From contig NC_068997.1 in assembly GCF_001194135.2 (NCBI RefSeq), forward strand, positions 37,552,102 to 37,616,101: DNA of 64,000 nt, written 5' to 3'. A model generated the notes under the pieces. The model worked only from the letters and a program-made list of their open reading frames with translations, made no database searches and had not been told where the DNA came from. Within the stretch, counting starts at the first letter, position 1. Each line of letters begins with the position of its first letter. The position numbers and the translations under genes were made by a program. Origin of the DNA: Octopus bimaculoides. Taxonomy: Eukaryota. Positions 25,830 through 38,236 of this stretch are shown in pieces.

Positions 25830-26463
25830 TTAAGCAATGAAAAAAATTAACAGATAAAAATTGAAAGATTAAAATATCATAAAATTAAAAAATTAAAAGT
25901 TAAAAACTAAATTTATGCTATCCAACACTATTGACTGTTCCCTAATAAATTAGTAATTTACAATTAAAAAGATTAAAAATCAAGAAACTGAACATTTCCT
26001 CACGGTGGTGCACCAGCATGACCGCAGCCACTTGGCTGAAACACATAAATAAATAAAAATTAAAAAAAAATTTAGATTAAATCAAAAATTCTTTAAGAAA
26101 TAAAAAAAATAAATAATAAATAATTCTTAAAAATTTGAATTTTAAACCTCAAAAATCAAAAATTTTATCAAAAAGTCGTGTTTTAAAAATATGGAAATTC
26201 AAGAATTATTTTTATCTATGCAAAAATAAAAAAATTGATTTATGTATATAAAAAAAGCATTTAATGGTAAAATATGGAAAATAAGAAATATGACAGTAAA
26301 TATAAGGGTCTTAAAATGGGAGAAAAAATTTAGGTGTGCTTATGCATGCGCATATACATATGTATAAATATATGTATACACACATATGTATTATACATGT
26401 ATATATGCATAAATAAATCATATTTTTATGTGTGTGCATATGCATACACACACACACACACAT

Positions 26464-26497
<34 letters not shown>

Positions 26498-27060
26498 GAA
26501 TTTGTTTGTGCACATGTACATCTCATCTATTTTTTTCTCCAGTTTAAGATTGATATTTAAGGTCATATTTCTTCTATCTTTTACCTTTAAGTGCATTTTT
26601 ATAGATATTAAACAATATTTTAATTTTTAATTTTTTGCATAGATAAAAATAGTTCCTAAATTCTTAAATTCAAAAACATCTTTTAACATTTTTTAACAAA
26701 AGTGAAAATTTTTAAAAAAATTGTTATTTACTTTTTCAAGAAAATTTTTGATTTAATTTGAATTTATTTTTAATGTCTAATTTTTAATTTTTTTACTCTT
26801 TAATTTCAAGCTTTTAAAATTTTCAAATATTTAAATATCTAATTTTTAATTATTTAACATGTAAAAAAAATTTTCAATTTTGCTTTTTGCCACTATATAT
26901 AATTTTAAACTTTTTTTATTCTCAATTTTAATTTCAATTTTAATTTTGTTTGCTTTTCCTTTCATAATTTTGAAAGTTTTCAATATCCTATTACTTTTAA
27001 TTTAAACTTTCAAATTTTCAACTGCCAGTGTCAATTTTTCATATTTAAAAAAGTTTTATA
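25830..27060. repeat. Old degenerate foldback (MITE-like) inverted repeat centred on a (CA)n tract
   Basis: The A-rich left half mirrors the T-rich right half. Example: TATTTTTATCTATGCAAAAA 26207-26226 is the exact reverse complement of 26632-26651. Arms align about 26070-26330 against 26530-26780. Confidence 0.7.
26003..26060 (+). mobile_element. SINE A type-1 tail fragment
   Basis: CGGTGGTGCACCAGCATGACCGCAGCCACTTGGCTGAAACACATAAATAAATAAAA matches the reverse complement of about 27590-27645. Confidence 0.65.
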
Positions 27061-27076
27061 AGGTTTCCTGAAAAGG

Positions 27077-27154
<78 letters not shown>

Positions 27155-27544
27155 TATATATATGTTAGCTTCCAAGGTTTACAATACTATTTAAACCTCA
27201 ATATCCCATCTTTTAATGTTTTATTCGTAAGAAGCTGTGTGATTTTTTTCATTCTTTTATATATTTATTCATTTACTTACTATATTCATTTCCTTTTATT
27301 TATCACTTTATAATTATTTCAACCAGCACATTGTGACTATTAAACAAAAAAATAGTTGTCTTTCTTGTAATGCCCAGAGGGGATTTTTCTTCCCACATGT
27401 GGTGTAGGGTTTTTTGTGATTTTAATCGATGGTGCTAAGGGCACTTAGCTTATGACAGCTGAAAAATTGCAGTGATGAGCATATAGTTGACATAGAAACT
27501 TGAAGTTCTATATGTGAGTCTCCATAATTGTATCTTTCTATATG

Positions 27545-27580
<36 letters not shown>

Positions 27581-27583
27581 TAT

Positions 27584-27982
27584 ACTCTCTTTTACTCTTT
27601 TACTTGTTTCAGTCATGTTTGACTGCAGCCATGCTGGAGCACCCCCTTTAGTCAAGAAAATCGACCCCAGGACTTATTCTTTGTAAGCCAAGTACTTATT
27701 CAATTGGTCTCTTTTTGCCGAACCGCTAATGTACGGGGACGTAAACACACCAGCATCGGTTGTCAAGCGAAGGTGGGAGGACAAACACAGACACACAAAC
27801 ACACACATATATATATATATACATATATACGACGGGCTTCTTTCAGTTTCCGTCTACCAAATCCACTCACAAGGCTTTGGTCGGCCCAAGGCTATAGTAG
27901 AAGACACTTGCCCAATGTGCCACGCAGTGGGACTGGACCCAGAACCATGTGGTTGGTAAGCGAGCTACTTACCACACAGTCA
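27584..27982 (-). mobile_element. Full-length, relatively young SINE A (head, microsatellite, type-1 tail)
   Basis: CpG-retaining copy: head GTGTGGTAAGTAGCTCGCTT..., internal (TA/TG)n, ...GCTTGACAACCGATGCTGG...GACTGAAACAAGTAAAAGAGT. Confidence 0.85.
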
Positions 27983-28199
27983 CATACATATGTACATACA
28001 CGTATACATACATACATGAATACATACATACATACATACATACACACATACATACATATACATCTAATGCCTTGCAAGTGAATTTGATATATATCATCTT
28101 AACATGAACATCATCTTACTCATCTTTTAATGTCTGTCTTCTGTGCTGGAAATTGATGCCCTAGTCACTCCCGACCGCCACCCCCAAAAACCTCAGTCA

Positions 28200-28760
28200 C
28201 AATGACTTTCTGTGCTAGTTGCTGACTTTTGAACTTCTTAGTCCATGGAAACGTTGCGTGACACTATCAATGGATTGAATCTTTGTTTCCGGATTGTAAA
28301 GATATGACCGCATTTCACCCCCTCTCATCAGATAGGAAAAAATGTTTTCTTTGGCTTCAAGCACTTCCAGGAGTTCAGAGCAGGCTTCTACCCTTCTTTT
28401 CTTCAAATGGGTTGCTCTCTCTGCACACACTCTCCAATATCCAAAGTTTACCACAATCTTTTCTTATGCACTGTTTAGTCATGTAGCAGGCTTACAGATT
28501 GTTACTCTTCTGTCTATGCAAATCAGTTTGTCCACTCATAATTCATGTCACTGTTTGCAGTTGATGAACCCACAATATTGTTTGTATTCTATGCTGTTTT
28601 TCCCTTCATTAAACTTCTTTATCCATCTGTGTATGATACTCTTCTCATTGTTGTTATTTCTGCAAATAATCTGTAATCTTCAGACAGCTTGCACCCCTCC
28701 TTCATTAAAACCTAAAGCAATATGTTGCTTTTGCCTGGAACCTTATTATTTGCTAGCAAT
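28200..28760 (-). mobile_element. Mariner transposase fragment (N-terminal half)
   Basis: ORF 28215-28454 FGYWRVCAER...KRRVEACSELL...MRGGEM(VTGDET-like)..YNPETKIQS; upstream IHRWIKKFNEG HTH relic. Confidence 0.8.
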
Positions 28761-28869
28761 GAAGGGAAACAGGAAAAAGAGTTACTATAGTTATTCTACC
28801 AATACTGCAATTTCAACAAGCTATGTTAGTTAATAATAAAGTTGTGTCTACTTTAGCATTACTTTTGGA

Positions 28870-28908
<39 letters not shown>

Positions 28909-29003
28909 ATTTCTATCTATCTATCTATCTATCTATCCATATATACATACACACACACATACATACATACACACATGCACACACACATACATACATACAC
29001 ACG

Positions 29004-29190
29004 TTTTACTTGTTTCAGTCATTTCGCTGCTGCAATGCTTGAAGTCTTTTGTCAACAAATTGACTCCAGTACTTATTTTTATAAGCCTGGTACTTAATCT
29101 ATCGGTCACTTTTGTCAAGCTGCTATGTTACAGGGATTTAAACAAAATAACAGCAGTTGTCAAATGGTGGTGGTGGACAAATGCAAACGC
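29004..29190 (-). mobile_element. SINE A type-1 tail
   Basis: TTTTACTTGTTTCAGTCATTTCGCTGCTGCAATGCT...CAGCAGTTGTCAAATGGTGG, homologous to 27590-27790. Confidence 0.75.
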
Positions 29191-29221
29191 AATGACACAT
29201 GCACAGATATATGTATATATA

Positions 29222-29436
29222 TCATCGTCGTCATCGTCACCATCATCGTCATCGTTCAATGTCTGCTTTCCATGCTGGCATGGGTTGAGCGATTTGACTG
29301 AGGACTAGTAAGCCAGATGGCTGCACCAGGCTCCAATCTGATCTGGCAGAGTTTCTACAGCTTGATGCTCTTCCTAACACCAACCACTCTGGGAGTGTAG
29401 TGGGTGCTTTTACGTGCCACCGGCACGAGGGCCAGT
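29222..29436 (-). mobile_element. RTE 3' tail fragment (young, CpG-rich)
   Basis: CATCGTCGTCATCG...GTCTGCTTTCCATGCTGGCATGGGTTG...GGGTGCTTTTACGTGCCACCGGCACGAGGGCCAGTC is the reverse complement of the RTE tail. Confidence 0.8.
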
Positions 29437-29460
29437 CAGACAGTACTGTATATATATATT

Positions 29461-29494
<34 letters not shown>

Positions 29495-29535
29495 NNNNNN
29501 NNNNNNNNNNNNNNNNNNNNNTATATGAGTGTAAA

Positions 29536-29888
29536 CGTGCATGGCTCAGTGGTTAAAGCGTCGAGCTTACCATTGTGAGGTTGTGAGTTTGATTCCCGGA
29601 CCGGCTGCATGTTGTGTTCTTGAGCAAGACACTTTATTTTACATTGCTCAGCTGTATAGAAATGAGTTGCAACGTCACTGGTACCAACCTGTATCAGCCT
29701 CTTTGCCTTTCCCTCGGATAACATCAGTGGCGTGGAGAGGGGAAGGTTAGTATGCATGGGCTGCATGCTAGTCTTCCATAAAAACAACCCTAGGTTGTGT
29801 GTTCACCAGTGAGGAGACTTTTTGCCCAGACTTGTACCCCAGAGGAGAACCTCTTAGGTGCACCCATGGTCATTTGTGACCAATGGAG
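29536..29888 (+). mobile_element. tRNA-derived SINE family B, second copy, with a ~32-bp insertion at about 29790-29821
   Basis: GCATGGCTCAGTGGTTAAAGCGTCGAGCTTAC...; aligns with 4670-4999 except for the extra TAGGTTGTGTGTTCACCAGTGAGGAGACTTTT. Confidence 0.85.
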
Positions 29889-30002
29889 TCGAGTTTGAGT
29901 TCATATATGAGTTAGTGCTCTGGTTGAAGTTGGCATTAAAGACACTTTTCTTCTTTTGGATGGATGGATAGTTTTGGAACAGGCTACCTTTCCAGTTCCA
30001 TA

Positions 30003-30128
30003 CCCATCTGCCAAATCCACTAACAATGATTTGGTTGGCCTGAGGCTAAGTAGAAGACACTTGCTCAAGAAGCCATGCAGTGGGACTGAACACAACCATG
30101 TGGTTGAGAAGTAAGCTTCTTACCACAC
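30003..30128 (-). mobile_element. SINE A head
   Basis: CTGCCAAATCCACT...AGTAGAAGACACTTGCTCAAG...AAGCTTCTTACCACAC. Confidence 0.75.
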
Positions 30129-30287
30129 ACACACACACACACACACGAACACACACACACATATATAGTGTTTGGGTTAAACATTGACAGTTTGCATAGA
30201 AGGAAAACACAATAACCCACTCAAAAATGAAGATATTTAAAAAAAATCAAAAAAATATCAGCTACATTATGGTTTGGAGGTAACAGG

Positions 30288-31075
30288 TTACCCAAAGTAG
30301 CTGTCCTCAGCATTCAGCATAGCCTCAAGACAGCTCTGAAATCTGGCACATGTATTCCTTGTATCATTGAGAAGATCTTCAAACACTTCCTTACAATTGA
30401 GGGAATTAGGAGGCCAGAAATTGGGGTTTGTGAAGTCATAGAAATTCTCTGACAACCAGCTTCTGACTCTTCTGGCAAAGAGTTGAATTTTGCTGCCAAT
30501 AATTCTCTCCAGCCAGGGTTTTACCAGTCTCTAGCAGCTTCACATAACCATCTGAATTGAGCCTAAGACCCTATTCAAAGATGTGGGCAGCATGACATTA
30601 CTGTTGCTGGTGATACACACAAAGACTCATGATTTGGGTGGACTTAGTTTCCATGATATGTGGGACATCACATGGATTGTAAGCAAGCCAGCTGTTGTTC
30701 TGAATGTTGTGTGACTGGTCCTAGCAGAAGTTTTTTTCATCTGAGATGAATTAGATCATTCCTGGTTCAACAGGATACCTCAGGTTGTTCAGAAGCGCCT
30801 TTGATTTTATCAAGTGGTTTTTTTTTTCTTGGCTTTGGCTGTCAGATTTGTCTATTGCATCTTTTTTATGAGTGGTGGTGAATATTCTCATTCAGGGCCA
30901 GTTTGGTGGTGACTCTCACCAAAGCCCAGATTGCCTTGCTTGATCTTCTACCACTTTGTCCTGCAGTTATCGACTGAATCCCAGCATATGGATGCAGTCA
31001 GAATGCCTGCTGTGTCCCTTTCTGCTGGCCATGGCTTCACAGTCTCCATTGTAACTGCTTATGTCATTTGATGGC
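30288..31075 (-). mobile_element. Tc1/mariner-superfamily transposase relic, maT/DD37D-like
   Basis: Minus strand SRKGHSRHSD..., KSKALLNNLRYPVEPGMI.FISDEKNF.DQSHNIQNN.WLA..P.DVP, GLRLNSDGYVKLL, KSQSWLSENFYDFTNPNFWPPNS, CARFQSCLEAMLNAEDSYFG*. D spacing cannot be counted because of deletions. Confidence 0.75.
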
Positions 31076-32906
31076 ATCTGCTCTCACACTCAATAATAAT
31101 AATGACAACTTCAATAATGATAATATTTTCTTAGTCACAAGTGTTTAAATAGATGCAAAAATACAAAACTTTCACTAAAGGTTACACAGAAAGAAAGGAT
31201 AACGTAGAATCCCTCCCCATCCAAAAAATAAAACTGCATTTACAAATACAAGAGTACGAGTAAGAGGCATTATACGACATATGGAAGGTTGTATTAAAAA
31301 ATTTGATAAGTGCACCCATCCATATACATACACACACACACATACACATTCATATACAGACATGCTCATACAATTGCAGCATATGCAGCATATGTATCAA
31401 CATGTTTACATGGAGATAATTTCTAAAATGTATGATAAAACACAATAATTAAAACTAAAAATAATTAAATGAATAAATTATGAAAGATTACTGGTTAGAT
31501 TGAGTTGGGGGCACTCTGTTCACTGAATCATTTCCCAGACTGTGTCTGAGTGCAACTGCATGCATCAGTAAGCTTCTTTTGAGAGATCTGATGCTGAACA
31601 ATGCCAATGACTTGAGAGTATTCTTTCTTAAGTTCAAATAATGTCTTAGTTTTAATTTTATGAGCAATCCATCGTTTATATATTCAGAACTTAGTTGTTC
31701 ATATATATCTTTACTACTTCTTTGGAGATTCCTTTGCACCACAGATGTATCATTTTGTCTGTTACTTGCTTGTTTACATATGGTGAATCTTGGTTCATCT
31801 TTATTTCCTGCATTTTCTTTATTTCCTTGAGAAGGGATTTCTTTGTCATTTAGAAGAAATTGTTATTCCTCACCTGCTTTCATTGTATTGCTGTGCCTCC
31901 TTTTTTGTGCGATATTTCCGTTTTATTTATGTATTTTTCTCTTTAATTATTTCTTCCTCTTCACATGATAAAGGTGTGGTACTACAGATTGATACAATAA
32001 GGAGATAAGATGTTTGTTCATCTGTTTGCTATCCCTATATCTTTGGCTGGTGGTACTCTGGAAAAATGGTTCTTTTTTGTTCTTTTTGTTGATACTGTTG
32101 CTATTCATTATTTTTGTTTTCATTATTTTTACTTAGTTTCCCCAGTTTTTCAAGGCATGTTTTACTCCAGTCTAATGCCCTTTATTAGGCACAGTTCTGA
32201 GCAAGTTCATTTTAACATCCTCTGATGTGAAACTCGACTTGGCACAATTTCTTTTCTTATGCCTGCTTTGATTACTGTACTATGAGACAAAAGTCTGTAC
32301 TAGCCATGAGCGTACATTGTATCCAATGTTTTTTATTGAAATTCTTGTGTCTTTCAACCTTTGTATTAGGTTACAAATGTATAGTCAGAGGTATATCAAA
32401 CATTTCAGCCTGTATTTTGGCTGTTTTCAGTGTAAAGGTACAGTAAATAGTGCCAAGCTTATTCCAATTTTTTATATAATTTTTTTCTGATATACCCTGA
32501 AGAATTTCTTGAACAACTTGATGTGAGAGGAAATTGAAGCTGCTTTTATCTCTTCATAAAAATATATATCTTTTTCTTTGCCTTCTCTTGGATAATCTCT
32601 TGTATTGGTTTTTACAGAATTCTGACATCTTTTTTTTTTCTTGCAACTGTGATCAATCCAAAAATTCTGTCTGTTCATTTAACAAGGAAAGGTTGGTCTT
32701 CACTAGCTGCTCTATGAATAGGAGATAGTATGTGCAATTAAGACTTGCCTCAACATGGAGGATCCCTTTGTTTACCAAAATCATGCATTTCAAGTCATGT
32801 CAAGAAACTTGGACCTGGTTTTGTGGTGGGCAGAAAGCACATGACACCATCAGGTAGTGATCTGTTACAAACCAACAAAATTAAGGGAAATATGAACTCA
32901 CAGAAA

Positions 32907-33030
<124 letters not shown>

Positions 33031-33261
33031 GTATATATCCATCTCTCTCATACATTTATACATATACACATATATTTAGATAAGGATAGTTATGGCTGGT
33101 CTATGGATATGTATTAGTGACAAGCAGTATTAATACCAAATAGTAATCTTTATATCCAACTTAACATGGCTGTCTTGTTAGAGTACTGAATACTATGTTA
33201 TTAGCCTTGAGAAACCCTCTCATATAAGTGTTTGGTGCATAAAAGCACACCCATAGATTAA

Positions 33262-33294
<33 letters not shown>

Positions 33295-33299
33295 TGTAT

Positions 33300-33346
<47 letters not shown>

Positions 33347-33347
<1 letters not shown>

Positions 33348-33530
33348 TCAGTAAACCATAAATACAAAAGAGAAGCATACTCTAAGTTATAGAAACAATA
33401 GAGTAATTAGATAAAGATAGTTATGGCCAGTCTATGGAGTTACCCTGGGTTTTATGTCCATAAAGTGATTAGCTTTACAACGTTTCTTCAGACCCTAATG
33501 ACCAGTGGCCTATAACCTCTCTTCAAAGAG
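33347..33530. repeat. ~185-bp dispersed repeat, copy 1 (partial copy at about 33075-33110)
   Basis: CATAAATACAAAAGAGAAGCATACTCTAAG...ATAGTTATGGCCAGTCTATGG...TTCTTCAGACCCTA aligns with 36310-36502. Confidence 0.8.
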
Positions 33531-33602
33531 GAGGGAGAAAAGACTTCATAGCTACTTGTTGAACATACAGACAAAAGAGAAGGGTTAAGTGCAAAGGATT
33601 AT

Positions 33603-33661
<59 letters not shown>

Positions 33662-33717
33662 GTCAAACAAATCTTTAAGTTGACTCTAGTATTTATTTTA
33701 ATGTCTGACACATATGC

Positions 33718-33979
33718 TATCAGTCTCTTATGCTGAACCACTAGGTTACAGGGATGTAAGTAAACCAACACCAGTTCTCAACAAACACAAAAGCACACTC
33801 ACATAAACACACACACACACACACGATAGACACATATATACACGATAAACTTCTTCCAGTCTCTGTCTACCAAATCCACTCACAAGCCTTTGGTTGGCCT
33901 GAGGTTATAAAAGAAAACATTTTGCCCAAGGTGTCATATAGTTGGGCGAACAAGCTTCTTACCCTCACAATTATGCCTA
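33718..33979 (-). mobile_element. Degenerate SINE A (head, microsatellite, partial tail)
   Basis: CTACCAAATCCACTCACAAGCCTTTGGTTGGCC head relic plus GCTGAACCACTAGGTTACAGGGATGTAA tail relic. Confidence 0.65.
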
Positions 33980-34011
33980 CACACATACACATAAACATAT
34001 TTACAACATAT

Positions 34012-34165
34012 TTCTTTTAGGTTCCATCTACTGGATCCATTCACGAGGCTTTGGTCAGTTTGCAGCTATAATAGAAGACACTTACCCAAGGTGTCACACA
34101 GTCAGACTGAACCCTGAACCATGTGGTTGGGAAGCATGCTTCTTATCACACAGCCATGCCTGCAC
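34012..34165 (-). mobile_element. SINE A head
   Basis: ATCCATTCACGAGGCTTTGG...AGAAGACACTTACCCAAGGTGTCAC...CACAGCCATGCCTGC. Confidence 0.75.
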
Positions 34166-34172
34166 CTATATA

Positions 34173-35809
34173 TTGGGTCATCCCATAAATAATGTGTATT
34201 TTTTATACTTTTTTTATTTTTCAAAATTAAGATAAACAAAGTTCTTTTTTCATCTAAAATATACTCTCCTTCATTTTCTACAATGCTATTCCATCTATCT
34301 GGTAGTCTTGTAAAATTCCCTTGTCCATGATGGAAAATACTCCTCCAGTACAGAATTCATATTTTTTTTCGTCCAAATGATTTTGAAGACTATGGAATAA
34401 ATAATAATCAGATGAAGCAATGTCTAGCCAATATGGTGGGTGGAGCATCGTTTCCCATTCAAACTGCTCCAACCTTTGGAATGTCATCCTTGCTGTATGT
34501 GGCTGAGCATTATCCTGATGGAAAAACACCTTTCATCTCAAAACCAAAGACGCTCGTTTTTCTTCTAGCACAGACTTAAGCCGCTCAAACTGCTTCCAGT
34601 AGATTTCCTTTGTTATCATTGACTTGGTGAAGGCGGAGGTATTGTTTTCAGTCACGTTTGTTTGTTTGCTTGTTTGTCTGTTTGTTTGTCCGTAGACAAG
34701 ATGTCTCAAGAACCATTGGATGGATTCGGATGAAACTTTCAGGGATGTTTGGCCGCGTGACTGGAACAAACTGATTAGATTCTGGGATCGATCCAGTAAC
34801 AGACAAGGATTCTGGATATTTTCCCATTTGTTTTACTTAATTTTTGAGAGCAGTTGAATTCATTTTTAGTATTCTCGTTTGTGAGAGCAGTCGAGTTTAT
34901 TTCAGATATTCTCATTTCAAAAATCATCTCTGACTAATCGTTGAGAGGACGTTGGTGTTGCCTTGGTAGAGATTTGTGCTCTCTGAAAGCTCTTGTTATT
35001 GTTTGGTTTGGGTTTACAAGTTCAAAGTGAACTAAACCTTTCATATCCCACCAAACAGATAACATCTTATGTGGGTGAAAACCTTCTTTAACCTAGGGTG
35101 CTGGTGTTTCTCCTTTCCCTACCCACTGTCTTTGGTGCTTGAAATTTTTATAGAGAACCCCTTTCTCATCACCAGTCATTCTTTGGTCCAAAAAGGTTCA
35201 TTCCTGAGATGTGACAGCAAAGAAGAACACATATTCACTTTCTGCACACAATTAGACTTGGAAAGTTTGTGAGGAACCCATTGAACCAATTTGCTGACTT
35301 TTCCGATGGCATGCAGGTGTTGATGAATGGTTGAATGACCAAGTCCAAACTTCTCTACTAGTTTCTCAACAATCATCATGGGATTTGGTTCCACCAGGGT
35401 TTGCAGGACATCCTCGTTGAACTCTACTGATCTTCCAGGACAAGGCTCATCTTTTAGGCTGCAGTTTCTGGCTTGGAATTTCTAGAACCACCGTTGACAC
35501 TGGCTTACACTTATTGTCCAATCCCTATGTACTGCATTAATATTCCTCGCACTTTCCATTGTGTTGTTGCCTTTATTGAACTCATAAAGCAAAATATGCC
35601 AAATATGCTCCTTTGTCATTTCCATTATAGCTTTGAAAAAATAACTGTTAAGATCAAAACTGCACTCTTCAAAACTTGCATTAAGAATAAGTACAAGGTA
35701 AAATTGGTACCTGCTTTTATAGCAAGTTGATGCAGGTAGTTTATCCCATCCCCCTCTGACATTTAGTTCATGCAATTGAAAAAGCCACATTATTCATGGG
35801 ATGACCCAA
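34173..35809 (-). mobile_element. Near-full-length defective mariner (Hsmar1/cecropia-like) with both TIRs and TA duplication
   Basis: TA+TTGGGTCATCCCATAAATAATGTG (34171-96) and CACATTATTCATGGGATGACCCAA+TA (35786-35811), 1 mismatch. Transposase relics HILLYEFNKG...QCQRWF, WVPHKL, FHQDNAQPHTA, HPPYWLDIASSDYYLF. About 1254 bp after removing the nested insertion. Confidence 0.9.
34615..34997 (+). mobile_element. Non-autonomous Helentron-type element (HINE/DINE-1-like) nested in the mariner
   Basis: Removing 34615-34997 restores the transposase (CCTTTGTT|ATTGTTTGG) at a TT site. Subterminal AAGGCGGAGGT (34630-40), (GTTT)n tract, GGATGAAACTTTCAGG, 3' CCTTGGTAGAGA...GCTCTCTG...CTTGTT. Confidence 0.65.
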
Positions 35810-35851
35810 TATATATACATTTATATATATAACTTACATAACTTAATAGCA

Positions 35852-35883
<32 letters not shown>

Positions 35884-35908
35884 CTAACCTTGAAGCCGGT
35901 CTTCAGGT

Positions 35909-36017
35909 GGCATTCAGGCTAGCTGAATGTAGGCATTCAGGCTAGCTGAATGTAGGCATTCAGGCTAGCTGAATGTAGGCGTTCAGGCTAGCTGAATGTA
36001 GGCGTTCAGGCTAGCTG
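35909..36017. repeat. 23-bp minisatellite, 4.7 copies, each unit palindromic
   Basis: GGC(A/G)TTCAGGCTAGCTGAATGTA at 35909, 35932, 35955, 35978 and partial at 36001. Confidence 0.95.
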
Positions 36018-36309
36018 GAAATTCTGTAGGGTATTCACGTAGAAAAAACTCTAGAACTCTGGAGTTGCAGGCCAATATGTAACCAGAACAGGAAGATTAG
36101 TTTTCCACCTAGACATAAGTTTCATAAACTACAAAATATAATATCCACACTACCACATGTGAAACATACCTGTTATAACTCTTTATCTTGATTTGAATGA
36201 ACGTGAAGGTATTTAGAATGCGCAAACTTATTTCTGCAAATGTGCTAAGAACTGATGCTGATCATAGTTTAATCAATAAGTGTAGGAATGAGGTAAATAT
36301 ATATATACA

Positions 36310-36502
36310 TATCATTGCTAAATCATAAATCTGAAAGAGAAGCACACTCTAAGATATAGAGCAGTAGAGTAATTAAATATAGTTATGGCCAGTCTATGGG
36401 GTTATCCAGGGTTACAAGTCCACAAAGCTTTATGGAGTTTCTTCAGACCCTAGTGGCCAGTGACCAATGGCTATAAAACTCCAAAGACCAGCCATAACTA
36501 TC
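36310..36502. repeat. ~185-bp dispersed repeat, copy 2
   Basis: Homologous to 33347-33530. Ends in AGACCAGCCATAACTATC, the exact reverse complement of 33085-33102. Confidence 0.8.
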
Positions 36503-36552
36503 TTTAACATATATATATATATATAGATAGGAAGATAGATAGATAGATAGAC

Positions 36553-36585
<33 letters not shown>

Positions 36586-37690
36586 TAGATAGATAGATAG
36601 ATAGATATATAGATAGATAGATAGATGTGTGTATTTTTCCCTTGTTAACAATTAACACGGTAAAAATAGATAAACCAGGGCAGTAAAAAATCACACAAGT
36701 AAAAAGGGTGTAACTCCTTGTTTTTAAAGGTAGAAACTCTGGGTTTACATGAAATATTTTGTATAATATATATAAATAAATAAATGGAGTTAAACGNNNN
36801 NNNNNNNNNNNNNNNNNNNNNNNNNNNNNNNNNNNNNNNNNNNNNNNNNNNNNNNNNNNNNNNNNNNNNNNNNNNNNNNNNNNNNNNNNNNNNNNNNNNN
36901 NNNNNNNNNNNNNNNNNNNNNNNNNNNNNNNNNNNNNNNNNNNNNNNNNNNNNNNNNNNNNNNNNNNNNNNNNNNNNNNNNNNNNNNNNNNNNNNNNNNN
37001 NNNNNNNNNNNNNNNNNNNNNNNNNNNNNNNNNNNNNNNNNNNNNNNNNNNNNNNNNNNNNNNNNNNNNNNNNNNNNNNNNNNNNNNNNNNNNNNNNNNN
37101 NNNNNNNNNNNNNNNNNNNNNNNNNNNNNNNNNNNNNNNNNNNNNNNNNNNNNNNNNNNNNNNNNNNNNNNNNNNNNNNNNNNNNNNNNNNNNNNNNNNN
37201 NNNNNNNNNNNNNNNNNNNNNNNNNNNNNNNNNNNNNNNNNNNNNNNNNNNNNNNNNNNNNNNNNNNNNNNNNNNNNNNNNNNNNNNNNNNNNNNNNNNN
37301 NNNNNNNNNNNNNNNNNNNNNNNNNNNNNNNNNNNNNNNNNNNNNNNNNNNNNNNNNNNNNNNNNNNNNNNNNNNNNNNNNNNNNNNNNNNNNNNNNNNN
37401 NNNNNNNNNNNNNNNNNNNNNNNNNNNNNNNNNNNNNNNNNNNNNNNNNNNNNNNNNNNNNNNNNNNNNNNNNNNNNNNNNNNNNNNNNNNNNNNNNNNN
37501 NNNNNNNNNNNNNNNNNNNNNNNNNNNNNNNNNNNNNNNNNNNNNNNNNNNNNNNNNNNNNNNNNNNNNNNNNNNNNNNNNNNNNNNNNNNNNNNNNNNN
37601 NNNAAAAAAAATAACGTCGACCACTAACGTGGACAATTAATGCGCTAGAAATAGATCACATCTTGTGTCTATTAAGACCTAAATTGTTCT

Positions 37691-37729
<39 letters not shown>

Positions 37730-38194
37730 CATACATACACATATACTTCTAGTATAAGTATATGTCTTTATACATCTTCATGTATATATATGTATATATC
37801 TTTATCCTAATTAAACACAATTGAAAGAACATTAAATGAAAATTGCCATGTCTGTGTCATGCTAAATTTATGAATACACATATATGCTACCATTCACCCA
37901 CTCACACACACACGCACATTCATGCACATGTCCCTATATTTGATGGGGAAATTTTATATCTGTGTGCTCATGTTGTGGGTCCATGTAATTTCTATATTTG
38001 TTTACTTTTTTGATCTAAATGTATGACTCGTATCTGTTGTAATGATGCATTGTGTTAAGTGAGTATGTAGACATCAGCAGGATGTGTATATGCAACACCA
38101 AAAAATGGGTGATATGAGTGTGTATGTATGCAGTACAAAAACTAAGGAACAAGAAAGCTTCTGTGAGTGTGTGCACACATAAACATGCAGTCAT

Positions 38195-38236
<42 letters not shown>

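Noticed and set aside
31480-32740. Purine-skewed (minus-strand) region that looks like decayed LINE coding sequence
   Set aside because: I could not find a diagnostic motif, so it is left unannotated.
35909-36017. CRISPR-like palindromic direct repeats
   Set aside because: No spacers, no cas genes, and a eukaryotic context. It is a minisatellite.
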